Origin: an uncultured Pseudomonadota bacterium
Lineage (GTDB): Bacteria > Pseudomonadota > Gammaproteobacteria > Ga0077536
Direction of reading: 5' to 3'
DNA length: 64,000 nucleotides
Assembly: GCA_903825645.1 (NCBI GenBank)
Contig: CAIKBL010000041.1
Coordinates: 8,375-72,374 of the forward strand
Positions 54,854 to 63,624 of this stretch are shown here, one piece after another. Each line of letters begins with the position of its first letter. Positions within the stretch are counted from its first letter, which is position 1. Under the pieces are notes generated by a model. That model was given only the letters and a program-made list of their open reading frames with translations, was not told the DNA's origin and did no database searches. The position numbers were made by a program, and so were the translations under genes.

Positions 54854-55519
54854 ATGACAGGCCTGACATCGCTCCCGACCACCCCCGGCTATCACGACAT
54901 TCACGCGAAATTGTGCGAGCTCACCGTCGCGATGACCCTGCACCTTCCCCTCACGCCGCGCGGCGCGCCACTCGTCTTGGTGTTGCATTATGGTGGCCAA
55001 CCGAGTGGTTATTATGGTCGTGGTCTCCTTGAGCAACTAATAGTGCCCGCTTGGGAGGCCCTCGGTGCAGTGTTCGTCGCACCCGTCAGTCAGGGCGGAG
55101 ACTGGCAGTCGGCCGCGAATGGCCTCGCTATCCGTGCGGTTTTACGACTTATCGAGTTGCACTACGCAACAAACCCGGACAGCTGTTATTTAACCGGTTA
55201 CAGTCTGGGTGGAATCGGCTGCTGGCATTTGCTGTCCCAGACGGATGTTCGTCTAGCCGCGGTCGTCCCGATCGCCGCACCGATTCCAGCGCATTTGCCC
55301 GCCGTCACCACCCCGACATATGTCCTCCACTCAGACTCAGATCAGCTCTTTCCAAGTGGCCCCGTGCGTGCTCGTCTTGACGCACTCCGCGACCAAAACC
55401 TGCCGATTGATTATGAGGTGCTGGAAGGCCTCGACCATTACAACGTGGGAGGCTATCGGTCGGCCCTCCAGCGCTTGACGCAGTGGTTGCCCGCTGCCAC
55501 CAAAGCCGGAAAACCCTAA
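54854..55519 (+). CDS. Alpha/beta-hydrolase (carboxylesterase/phospholipase-like)
   Basis: LVLHYGG, GYSLG nucleophile elbow, HSDSDQLF and GLDH. Alternative GTG start at 54845. Confidence 0.8.
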   Translation: MTGLTSLPTTPGYHDIHAKLCELTVAMTLHLPLTPRGAPLVLVLHYGGQPSGYYGRGLLEQLIVPAWEALGAVFVAPVSQGGDWQSAANGLAIRAVLRLIELHYATNPDSCYLTGYSLGGIGCWHLLSQTDVRLAAVVPIAAPIPAHLPAVTTPTYVLHSDSDQLFPSGPVRARLDALRDQNLPIDYEVLEGLDHYNVGGYRSALQRLTQWLPAATKAGKP

Positions 55520-55584
55520 CGTCCAGACGACTATAGGTGGTCCTTCGGTCGTGCTTGGCGCCGCCTATCGACGGCAAAATTTCC

Positions 55585-55618
55585 TTGCAATCAAGAATGA
55601 AAAGTGTAAATTGCGCGC
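55585..55618 (+). promoter_or_regulatory. Probable sigma70 promoter upstream of the speE-speD leader
   Basis: TTGCAA-N16-TAAATT followed by a GC-rich discriminator, GCGCGC. Confidence 0.55.
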
Positions 55619-55640
55619 TCTGCAATAGGTCGGGGGCTTT

Positions 55641-55790
55641 GTGATTTGTTCTAGTATCGGGACAAGTTATCTATCGAGTGTGTATCTCCGGTAGTCCGCG
55701 GCCTTTGACAAGAAACCCTGCGGCGCCAAGAGAGGTGCCGCGCTCGTGGTGGGCAATCGCCCCGCTTTCATCTACGAGGGTTTCTGTAAA
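55641..55790 (+). ncRNA. Candidate structured cis-regulatory RNA in the speE-speD leader
   Basis: Folded by hand. A 12-bp G-U-rich hairpin (55641-55670). A three-way junction: AGAAACC/GGTTTCT, GCGGCGCC/GGTGCCGC and CTCGTGG/CTACGAG. Confidence 0.45.
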
Positions 55791-55960
55791 TGTATGTGAA
55801 TCTATTGGCCGGGAGCCACTCCCAGGCATCGACACCTCCAGCTGACGGGAAGCGCGTGGCGGCCACCTCCCTCGGCGCGAAAGACTTGCGCTCCACTTCT
55901 GCGCGTGTGACAGATCACTACGCTCAATGTCCATGGCTTCTCCTGAGTGCGGGACACTAG
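55790..55960 (+). CDS. Candidate 56-aa leader peptide (uORF) of speE-speD
   Basis: ATG 55790 to TAG 55960 gives MYVNLLAGSHSQASTPPADGKRVAATSLGAKDLRSTSARVTDHYAQCPWLLLSAGH. SD GAGGG at 55776-55780. Confidence 0.35.
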   Translation: MYVNLLAGSHSQASTPPADGKRVAATSLGAKDLRSTSARVTDHYAQCPWLLLSAGH

Positions 55961-55962
55961 CG

Positions 55963-56826
55963 GTGGCAATCCGTTTTCAAGAAACCCTGTACGGGGATGA
56001 GATTTTCCAGGGCTTCACCGCCGAGGCGTTGGTATTCGAAGGTGCTACGCCCTTTCAGAAGGTGCAGATTTTCGCGACCGCCCGCTGGGGGAAAGTGCTG
56101 GTCCTAGACGGCATCGTCCAGACTACCGAAAAAGACGAATTCGTCTATCACGAAATGCTCACGCACGTCCCGCTATTCGCCTGCAACAATCCGCGGCGCG
56201 TGATGATTGTAGGCGGAGGTGACGGGGGGATCTTACGTGAAGTGCTGAAGCACGACATAGACCGTGTCGACATGGTTGAGATTGATCGGACTGTCGTCGA
56301 TTTCTGCGTCACCCATATGCCCTCCTTGAATGCAGCTGGCGCGATCTATAAAGACCCTAGAGTTGAACTCGTGATCGAAGATGCCTTCGTGTTCATGCAG
56401 CGGGAGCGTCGCAAATATGACGCCATCTTGGTCGACTCCACCGACCCCGTGGGTGCCGCCGAAGTCCTCTTTTCGAACACGTTTTACGATCTCTGCCGTA
56501 ACGCATTGAGCCCCGGTGGCGTCCTTGCGCTTCAGGACGGTGTCGTTTTTCTGCAACCTGAAGAATCACGACAAAGTATGCGGTTACTGCGCCATATGGG
56601 GTTGAAGGCGCGCTGTTATAGCATCGCCGTGCCGACCTACTACGGCGGCAACATGACGCTCGGGCTGGCGAGCGACACGATCGAAGTCCTCCAACCAAAC
56701 CTCGATCGGCTGCAGGAGCGTTTCAGGGCGCAGGAATTTGCTACCAAGCACTACACACCAGAGCTCCATTACGCGAGCTTTATTTTACCGCGATGGATGG
56801 ATGCAATTACGGGAGGTTTGGCATGA
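55963..56826 (+). CDS. speE: Spermidine synthase (polyamine aminopropyltransferase)
   Basis: LVLDGIVQTTEKDEFVYHEM, VGGGDGG, VEID and DSTDPVG. GTG 55963 preferred; in-frame ATGs exist at 55927 and 55933. Confidence 0.95.
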   Translation: MAIRFQETLYGDEIFQGFTAEALVFEGATPFQKVQIFATARWGKVLVLDGIVQTTEKDEFVYHEMLTHVPLFACNNPRRVMIVGGGDGGILREVLKHDIDRVDMVEIDRTVVDFCVTHMPSLNAAGAIYKDPRVELVIEDAFVFMQRERRKYDAILVDSTDPVGAAEVLFSNTFYDLCRNALSPGGVLALQDGVVFLQPEESRQSMRLLRHMGLKARCYSIAVPTYYGGNMTLGLASDTIEVLQPNLDRLQERFRAQEFATKHYTPELHYASFILPRWMDAITGGLA

Positions 56827-57239
56827 GCGATAGTTCCCTGGACCATTTTAAAGTTGACGCCACGGGTGTCCGCTATGCCGGAGATCATCTCCTCATCGAG
56901 TTCTGGGGTGCCGATCACCTCAAAGAGCCCGAATATATTTGCCGCGCTCTGGAAGACGGAGCGCGCGCCGCGGGTGCGACTATTCTCCATTCCCACTACC
57001 ACCATTTCGGAGATGGAGAGGGCGTGAGCGGCGTCACGGTGTTAGCGGAGAGTCACATCACCATCCATACTTGGCCAGAGGTCGGGTACGCGGCGATCGA
57101 TGTGTTCATGTGTGGTGATGCAGATCCGGCTAAATGCCTGAGTCTCCTGAAAGAACGGTTCACGCCCGGTGAAATTATTACCCAAAGCCACCGTCGTGGT
57201 AGCTGGGTGTCGGAGCTTTCCGCCCAGCGGGTTGCCTGA
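56823..57239 (+). CDS. speD: S-adenosylmethionine decarboxylase proenzyme (short form)
   Basis: GDHLLIE, GVSGVTVLAE-SHITIHTWPE (pyruvoyl cleavage site) and DVFMCG. ATGA overlap with speE. Confidence 0.95.
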   Translation: MSDSSLDHFKVDATGVRYAGDHLLIEFWGADHLKEPEYICRALEDGARAAGATILHSHYHHFGDGEGVSGVTVLAESHITIHTWPEVGYAAIDVFMCGDADPAKCLSLLKERFTPGEIITQSHRRGSWVSELSAQRVA

Positions 57240-57732
57240 CGAGAAGAGGAGCGGGCTGCTCCCCTAACCGAGGGTAGATAACTCGGCCCACCCGCTTGAT
57301 GATTTGTTACGCAGGCGTCCGAGAATGACGAGCAGTCATTCCGTTGCCCGGGGAAGTTCACGTTCGCCTGTCCATGTTGACGAGTGACGACCACTAACGG
57401 CCGTTCCCGAACCATAAAAATTCCGCCCGGACTATCGCGCCGTGGATGCCGGTCGCTTGGATAGCGGTGGGCACCCCATACAGATTAGCCCCGCCGAGTG
57501 CCTTGCGAGGTATTTCGTATACCCCGTGGCATCCCTAGGCTTAAATTCGGCCCTAAGCGCATTACGGACGGTAGCGCCGGCAAACCAATGGTTCAACGGC
57601 AGGTTAAAACCGGTCATGATGTGCTTCGTGGGTATTTTTTTTAGCTTTCCCGCCTCAATGCACAAGGGAAAAGAGGGCCCTGGATAGTGGATAACGACTT
57701 CGCACCTTACGTCCCGTCAGAAAGGAAAACGG

Positions 57733-58230
57733 ATGTCTGAGATACAAGCGGTCACCAGCAGCTTTGCCCTTATCGTGCCTCCAGAGTGGCTTGACTATAA
57801 CAATCACATGAATGTCGCCTACTATTCGCTCGCCTTTGATCAGGCTGGCGAAGCGTTCGTCGAAACATTAGGGATGGGTGCGGCGTATACGCACCAAACC
57901 CAAAATTCATGGATGGTCCTTGAAGCACATCTGACTTATCAGCAGGAGGCACGCCTGCATGACTCCCTGCATATCGAAACGCGAGTCCTCGATTTCAGTG
58001 ACAAGCTCGCGCACCTTTATCAAGTGATGTACCGCGGCACCGAACTACTCTCGACACAGGAACAATTGACCCTTCATGTAAACCTCGAGACCCGCCGCGC
58101 CGCGCCATTTCCAGCGGAAATACTCGCCCAAATGGTGGCTGTTCACGAAAAACACCACGCATTGCCGCCCCCGATCGGCGCGGGACGCCAGATTGGCATT
58201 GATGGGCAAAAATCCTTGGCCAAGAAATAA
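57733..58230 (+). CDS. Hotdog-fold thioesterase
   Basis: PEWLDYNNHMNVAYY, LEAHLTYQQE and LHVNLETRRAAPFP. Confidence 0.88.
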   Translation: MSEIQAVTSSFALIVPPEWLDYNNHMNVAYYSLAFDQAGEAFVETLGMGAAYTHQTQNSWMVLEAHLTYQQEARLHDSLHIETRVLDFSDKLAHLYQVMYRGTELLSTQEQLTLHVNLETRRAAPFPAEILAQMVAVHEKHHALPPPIGAGRQIGIDGQKSLAKK

Positions 58231-59054
58231 TGCCTATGCGAGCCTTCAATAATCAAATAGCCATTGTCACTGGCGCGGGTTCCGGGATCGGTGCGGCCAT
58301 CAGTCGCGAACTAGGTCGACTGGGTACCAACGTCATCTGTACGGATGTCGATCCAGAAACGGCTCGCGCCATCGCGGCTGAGATTATGCTGGCCGGCGGA
58401 ACGGCGAGTGCCGCCACGCTCGATGTCACCAATGCCCATGAGGTAGGAGCACTGATCACGACCGTCGTGAATACGCATGGTCGGCTTGATCTCATGTTTA
58501 ATAATGCGGGCATTTCCGTTGCGGGTGACGCTCGCGACCTGACTATCGAGCATTGGCGTCGTGTGCTAGACGTGAATCTAATGGGCGTCGTGTACGGCAC
58601 AGATGCCGCCTACAAGCAGATGGCGCAACAAGGTCACGGCCATATTATCAATATCGCATCTTTGGCCGGATTGATTCCATTTCCTACTAATGCGCCGTAT
58701 GCGGCGAGCAAACATGCAGTCGTTGGTCTGTCACTTTCGATGCGCACAGAAGGCGAAGACCTCGGCGTCAAGGTCAGTGCCGTATGCCCAGGTTTCATAC
58801 AGTCAAACATCTTCAACGCGACGTTGTTTATTAACGTTGATCGGGAACGCGCCTTGGCGAATATGCCGTTCGCGCCCCTTGAAACATCAAAAGCCGCGCT
58901 CGCTATTTTACGCGGGGTACAACGCAACCGCCCCATCATTATATTTCCGAGCTATGCCCACATCCTGTGGGCGTTGCATCGTCTCTGGGCAGGCTTTCTT
59001 GTCCCCCTGCATCGCAAAGCCATTCGTGATTTACGCAAGCTGAAGTTACGTTAA
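58230..59054 (+). CDS. Short-chain dehydrogenase/reductase
   Basis: TGAGSGIG, NNAG, YAASK and CPG. Confidence 0.92.
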   Translation: MPMRAFNNQIAIVTGAGSGIGAAISRELGRLGTNVICTDVDPETARAIAAEIMLAGGTASAATLDVTNAHEVGALITTVVNTHGRLDLMFNNAGISVAGDARDLTIEHWRRVLDVNLMGVVYGTDAAYKQMAQQGHGHIINIASLAGLIPFPTNAPYAASKHAVVGLSLSMRTEGEDLGVKVSAVCPGFIQSNIFNATLFINVDRERALANMPFAPLETSKAALAILRGVQRNRPIIIFPSYAHILWALHRLWAGFLVPLHRKAIRDLRKLKLR

Positions 59055-59070
59055 TGGGGTAGTCCGCAGC

Positions 59071-59874
59071 TTACTTCTCAAGGGCAATCAGTTCGTCAGC
59101 ATCGAATCCGGCCGCTTTCCGGGCTGGCATGTTGAAGGGCGGATGTGGGGTTGAGATACCGAGATCTGCGCAGAAGGTGAGAAAGGTAGCACGGGGATCG
59201 AGACTGCGCGTACGGCACAGAAAATAGAACCAGTGATTACCAATCGCCACATGACGGATCTCGTCCTGGAAAATCACCTCAAGCACGGCAACAGTAGCCT
59301 CATCACCGACCGCGCGCAGTCTGTTTTGTAATCCTGGGGTCACATCCAGACCACGCGCCTCAAGGACGCGGGGCACGACTGCCATGCGGGCAAGCACGTC
59401 GTGCCGTGTTTTTTCGGCCACCTCCCACAAGCCGTCGTGTGCCGACAGCGCGCCATAGGTCTGATCAACGGCAGCCAAGCGTTCACACAAAAGGCTAAAA
59501 TGATAAGCCTCTTCTCCCGCTACCTTTATCCAGTCGTAGTAATACTGCTCAGGCAACCCCGGGAAACGGGCAGCCGCATCCAACGCAAGATTGATAGCAT
59601 TAAATTCGATATGGGCCAGGGCATGCAAAAGCGCGATCCGTCCGGTCAATGTCCCGAGACGGCGTCTGGCGACGCGTGAGGGGTGAACCAGGGTAGGGTG
59701 CGCCGGGCGACCCGGTTCGGACCCCATCTCAACAACGGCAAGTGGCTCGACGCTCAACTCCCCCCCAGCGGCGGCTATTTTTAAGCGCTCGACAGCCTTA
59801 CATTTCGCGCTCGGATCACAGAGAGCTAAAGCAAAGGCAGCAGCCATCCTCAATTCCGAAAGTGGCGGCGACAT
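59071..59874 (-). CDS. Ferritin-like DUF455 protein
   Basis: PGRP, LHALAHIEFNAINLALD, EEAYHF, LEARGLDV and DEIRHVAIG. Confidence 0.9.
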   Translation of the reverse strand: MSPPLSELRMAAAFALALCDPSAKCKAVERLKIAAAGGELSVEPLAVVEMGSEPGRPAHPTLVHPSRVARRRLGTLTGRIALLHALAHIEFNAINLALDAAARFPGLPEQYYYDWIKVAGEEAYHFSLLCERLAAVDQTYGALSAHDGLWEVAEKTRHDVLARMAVVPRVLEARGLDVTPGLQNRLRAVGDEATVAVLEVIFQDEIRHVAIGNHWFYFLCRTRSLDPRATFLTFCADLGISTPHPPFNMPARKAAGFDADELIALEK

Positions 59875-60016
59875 CAAACTACTCACACATCTTCCTCTTC
59901 CTCTCACTGACGATCAAAAACCCAGGCGCCGTAGCGCAACGTAGAGGTCAAAGCCGGGCTTGCCGGAACAGTCAGGATTGTGACAGATTCAAGCCCCGCT
60001 CCCGAACAACACCAAC

Positions 60017-60460
60017 ATGATAGATGTCATTTATTCTCCGACGGCGACTGCTTCTCTCGCGCGCAGATCTGCTTCGATTGTCTACGACAGCGTCGCGGTT
60101 TTCGGCGTCTGCTTCGTGGCCGCGGCGATCGCAGTCGCCTGGCATCATGGACAGGCCATTGCAGCCCAATCATGGGGATTCACCGTCTACCTTGTTCTCG
60201 TCAGCTACGGGTATTTTGCCTATTGTTGGCGGCATGGCCGAACGCTCGGCATGCGCAGCTGGAAACTCCGCGTGGTTGACCAATCATCGGGACGTCAACC
60301 CTCTTGGGGTCAGACCGCTATCCGCTTCTGCATCGCACTGCTCGCATGGCTTCCTGCCGGAATGGGCTACTGGCGAGCCTGGTGGGACCCCGACGGACGA
60401 ACCTGGCATGACAGGGCTTCCCGCACCTGTCTAATCTACGAAGATGACCGCACTACTTAA
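60017..60460 (+). CDS. RDD family membrane protein
   Basis: RRSASIVYD, GRTLGMRSWKLRV and WHDRAS. Usual neighbour of lptG. Confidence 0.9.
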   Translation: MIDVIYSPTATASLARRSASIVYDSVAVFGVCFVAAAIAVAWHHGQAIAAQSWGFTVYLVLVSYGYFAYCWRHGRTLGMRSWKLRVVDQSSGRQPSWGQTAIRFCIALLAWLPAGMGYWRAWWDPDGRTWHDRASRTCLIYEDDRTT

Positions 60461-60472
60461 AAAGTAGCGATA

Positions 60473-61537
60473 TCACGGCGTATGGGCGAGTAAGTAGGCG
60501 GCAACCGCACTCATCAGCAACGCGGGGCCGACGGCACTGAGAATAGGGGGGAAATCATAAACCACACCAAGGCGCCCAGTTGCCTGATTAAGCAGGTGGA
60601 AACCGAGTCCAATGGAGGCCCCGGTTAATATGCGTTGACCAATGGTAACGCTGCGGCTGGCGCGTAGTACCATCGGCACCGCCAGGACGACCATCACGAT
60701 GCTCGCGAACGGATAGCTGATCTTGATCCACATTGCCTGCAGGTAACGTTGTGGATTTTGTCCGTTATTGGAAAGGAAACGGCCGTATTTGAAAAGGCTC
60801 CAGATCGAGAGACTATCCGGGTTTATCGTCACAACTCGCAGGAGATCCGGTTTCAACATGGAATCCCACGCGGCCTCCCGCACCGTGCGCCGATGTAAAC
60901 CGTCTCCGTCAAGGACGGTCTGCGAAATGTTTTGGAGGACCCATTGATGATGGGCGTAGTGGGCGAACTCAGCATAAGTGCTTAGCCGAAGCTTGTTGTC
61001 CGCATCGAATTCGTAAATATAAACATCCCGCAGCTGGTCGCCAGGCAGTATTTCACGAATATTGATGTAATTATTGGCGTCCCGGGCCCAAAATCCATTC
61101 ACAGAGATGAACGTGACCCTGTCATTAATCGCGATGTCGCGATAATCGCGCGCAAAGTGTTCGGCAGGCGGGGCAATGAATTCCCCATTGAGCATAGCAG
61201 CCACGAGTAAAACCGAGCCGCCCTTGACCACCGCAAAAACTACCCGTCCCTTAGTGACTCCCACACAGCGGATTACCGCTAACTCACCGTTGCGCATCAT
61301 GGTGCCGAAGCCGATCAGCGACCCGATCAGTGCGGCCATCGGAAACAGATCGTAAGTCAGGTTGGGGATCCTGAACAGCACGAACACGAAAATCTTGCCC
61401 AGGGTGTAAGTGCCTCGACCAATGTCCTCCAGTTGGTCGATAAACGCAAAAAAGGTGAAGATCACCACCAATACGACCAACACCGTCAAGGTGGAGGAAA
61501 TGATGTTCCAGCCAATGTAGCGATCGAGAATCTTCAT
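60473..61537 (-). CDS. lptG: LPS export ABC permease LptG
   Basis: MKILDRYIG, FAFIDQLEDIGRGTY, ELAVIRCVG, GFWARD, PDSLSI and W.KI.YP. Confidence 0.9.
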   Translation of the reverse strand: MKILDRYIGWNIISSTLTVLVVLVVIFTFFAFIDQLEDIGRGTYTLGKIFVFVLFRIPNLTYDLFPMAALIGSLIGFGTMMRNGELAVIRCVGVTKGRVVFAVVKGGSVLLVAAMLNGEFIAPPAEHFARDYRDIAINDRVTFISVNGFWARDANNYINIREILPGDQLRDVYIYEFDADNKLRLSTYAEFAHYAHHQWVLQNISQTVLDGDGLHRRTVREAAWDSMLKPDLLRVVTINPDSLSIWSLFKYGRFLSNNGQNPQRYLQAMWIKISYPFASIVMVVLAVPMVLRASRSVTIGQRILTGASIGLGFHLLNQATGRLGVVYDFPPILSAVGPALLMSAVAAYLLAHTP

Positions 61538-61687
61538 AGGGTTAGGCGTGCTTTACGGCCCAATCAACGAACGAATACACTGCGGCGGTTGCTCGCGCCC
61601 AGCGCGGGAACGATGTCCTCGAGTAATGTCACCGGGGGCGACCCTCTTTATCAACGTGCGGCTGGACATCTGCGGAGAAACATCAAG

Positions 61688-63190
61688 ATGGAGATCTCGA
61701 TCAAACTTGGTAGCGTACGCACCCTTAAAGCGGCCTGCATTGCGGTCCCTATTTTTTCTGGACGCCGCCTGAGCCCAACCGCACAGTCGATCGACAAAGC
61801 CAGTCGGGGAGCGCTCAGCCGCGTCATCAAGCGGGGCGATATTATCGGTAATCAGGGCGAAGTGCTAATGCTGCCAGACGTTGCCGGCATCGCAGCCGAG
61901 CGGGTGCTGCTGGTGGGTTGTGGGAAACAGCAGGAAGGTCTCTCGGGACAGGAATATCTGACTGTGCTCAACAAGACTGCTAAAACGCTGTGCGATGCCG
62001 GGTTGAAGAATGTCACTAGCGCGCTACTCGAGGTCACCGTCAGGGAGCGCGATAGCTGCTGGAAAGCACGGCAGACCGCGTTGGCATTTAGTGCAGCCAG
62101 TTACCGTTTCGACAAGATGAAGAGCAAACCCTCGCGGAAAGCCCTCCTCGGCCGCTTAACGCTGCTCGCTGAGCGGGCGGACCAGGCGGCGGTTGCGATC
62201 GGCATCAGGCTCGGCAAGGGGATCGGGGACGGCGTCGTACTCACCCGGGACCTGGCAAATCTGCCCGGAAACCATTGCACGCCAACCCATCTCGCGATCA
62301 CTGCGGTCGAACTCGCCCAGCGGATGTCCAACCTCAAGGCGACCGTTCTGAATGAAGCCGACATGCAAAAACTCGGCATGGGTTCATTACTCTCGGTGGC
62401 GCACGGCAGTCGCCAGCCGCCCAAACTCATTACCCTCGAATACCAGGGTGGACCCCGTCATATCAAGCCGGTTGTGCTTGTCGGCAAGGGGGTGACCTTC
62501 GACTCGGGTGGAATTTCGCTCAAGCCCGGGGCTGCCATGGATGAAATGAAATTCGATATGGCCGGTGCCGCGTGCGTATTCGGTGTTTTGCAGGCCGTCG
62601 CGGCGCTGGCACTGCCGATCAACGTGGTCGGCGTTGTCCCCGCGACGGAGAATATGCCCGACGGCAACGCCACAAAGCCTGGCGATGTCGTCACCAGCAT
62701 GTCGGGCCAAACCATCGAGATTCTGAATACAGATGCTGAAGGCCGGCTCATTCTTTGTGACGCACTGACCTACAGCGCGCGCTTCGATCCCGAAGTGATT
62801 ATTGATATCGCAACCTTGACCGGCGCATGCGTGATCGCACTGGGAAGCCACGCAAGTGGTTTGCTTGGCAACGACGATGCGCTGGCAGAGGCGCTGCTCA
62901 GCGCCGGGCAACGCGCCGGCGACCGCGCCTGGAGACTCCCACTCTGGGAAGACTATCAGAAGCAACTCGAGAGCCCTTTTGCCGACATGGCCAATATCGG
63001 GGGTCGGGAAGCCGGGACGATAACGGCAGCTTGTTTCCTTGCGCGTTTTACCAAAGCTTATCGATGGGCGCACCTGGACATCGCCGGCACTGCTTGGACT
63101 GGCGGCAAGACCAAGGGCGCCACCGGCCGGCCAGTCCCCTTGCTAATGGAATATTTGCTCGAACGTTGCCCGACCTCTTGGGTCGCATGA
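61688..63190 (+). CDS. pepA: Leucyl aminopeptidase
   Basis: VGKGVTFDSGG, MKFDMAG, NTDAEGRL, ATLTGA and HLDIAG. ATG 61688 after GGAG. Confidence 0.97.
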   Translation: MEISIKLGSVRTLKAACIAVPIFSGRRLSPTAQSIDKASRGALSRVIKRGDIIGNQGEVLMLPDVAGIAAERVLLVGCGKQQEGLSGQEYLTVLNKTAKTLCDAGLKNVTSALLEVTVRERDSCWKARQTALAFSAASYRFDKMKSKPSRKALLGRLTLLAERADQAAVAIGIRLGKGIGDGVVLTRDLANLPGNHCTPTHLAITAVELAQRMSNLKATVLNEADMQKLGMGSLLSVAHGSRQPPKLITLEYQGGPRHIKPVVLVGKGVTFDSGGISLKPGAAMDEMKFDMAGAACVFGVLQAVAALALPINVVGVVPATENMPDGNATKPGDVVTSMSGQTIEILNTDAEGRLILCDALTYSARFDPEVIIDIATLTGACVIALGSHASGLLGNDDALAEALLSAGQRAGDRAWRLPLWEDYQKQLESPFADMANIGGREAGTITAACFLARFTKAYRWAHLDIAGTAWTGGKTKGATGRPVPLLMEYLLERCPTSWVA

Positions 63191-63624
63191 CGAATATTCT
63201 TTTCGAAGTACTGCCCGCGCAGGAACGCCGCCAACATGACGTCTGCGTCTGCGAGCTTATTGAGCGTCTGTGGCTGGCGGGTCATCAGGTCTATATTCAT
63301 TGTTTAGATGAAGATATGGCGACTGGCCTCGATGAGTTACTCTGGACTTTCCACGACACCAGCTTCGTGCCACACGCCGTTACCGGTGGGCCTGAGGCGG
63401 GCCAGGCAAAAATCTTGCTGGGCAGCGCCGCGCAACCGCCGGAATGCGTGGATGTACTCGTAAATCTGCATACAGAAGTCCCTTATTTTTTCAGCCAGTT
63501 CGAGCGTGTCGTCGAAACGACCGGACATGACGATCACAGTCGGCAGCTGGCGCGCGAACGTTACCGCTACTACAAAACGCGGGGCTATCCGTTGAGTACA
63601 CATAATGCAGGACAAGCTACTTGA
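63187..63624 (+). CDS. holC: DNA polymerase III chi subunit
   Basis: LDELLWTF...SFVPH, LVNL and ARERYRYYKTRGY. ATGA overlap with pepA. Confidence 0.92.
   Translation: MTNILFEVLPAQERRQHDVCVCELIERLWLAGHQVYIHCLDEDMATGLDELLWTFHDTSFVPHAVTGGPEAGQAKILLGSAAQPPECVDVLVNLHTEVPYFFSQFERVVETTGHDDHSRQLARERYRYYKTRGYPLSTHNAGQAT

Noticed and set aside
55666-55745. Canonical SAM-I riboswitch (TTATC...GGC...GGTGCC)
   Set aside because: No GAGGGA kink-turn or pseudoknot, no GCAACC internal loop and no closing AGATGA/AGATAA. Kept only as an unclassified structure.
55906-55920. TGTGA-CAGA-TCACT as a CRP site
   Set aside because: The spacer is 4 nt rather than the required 6.
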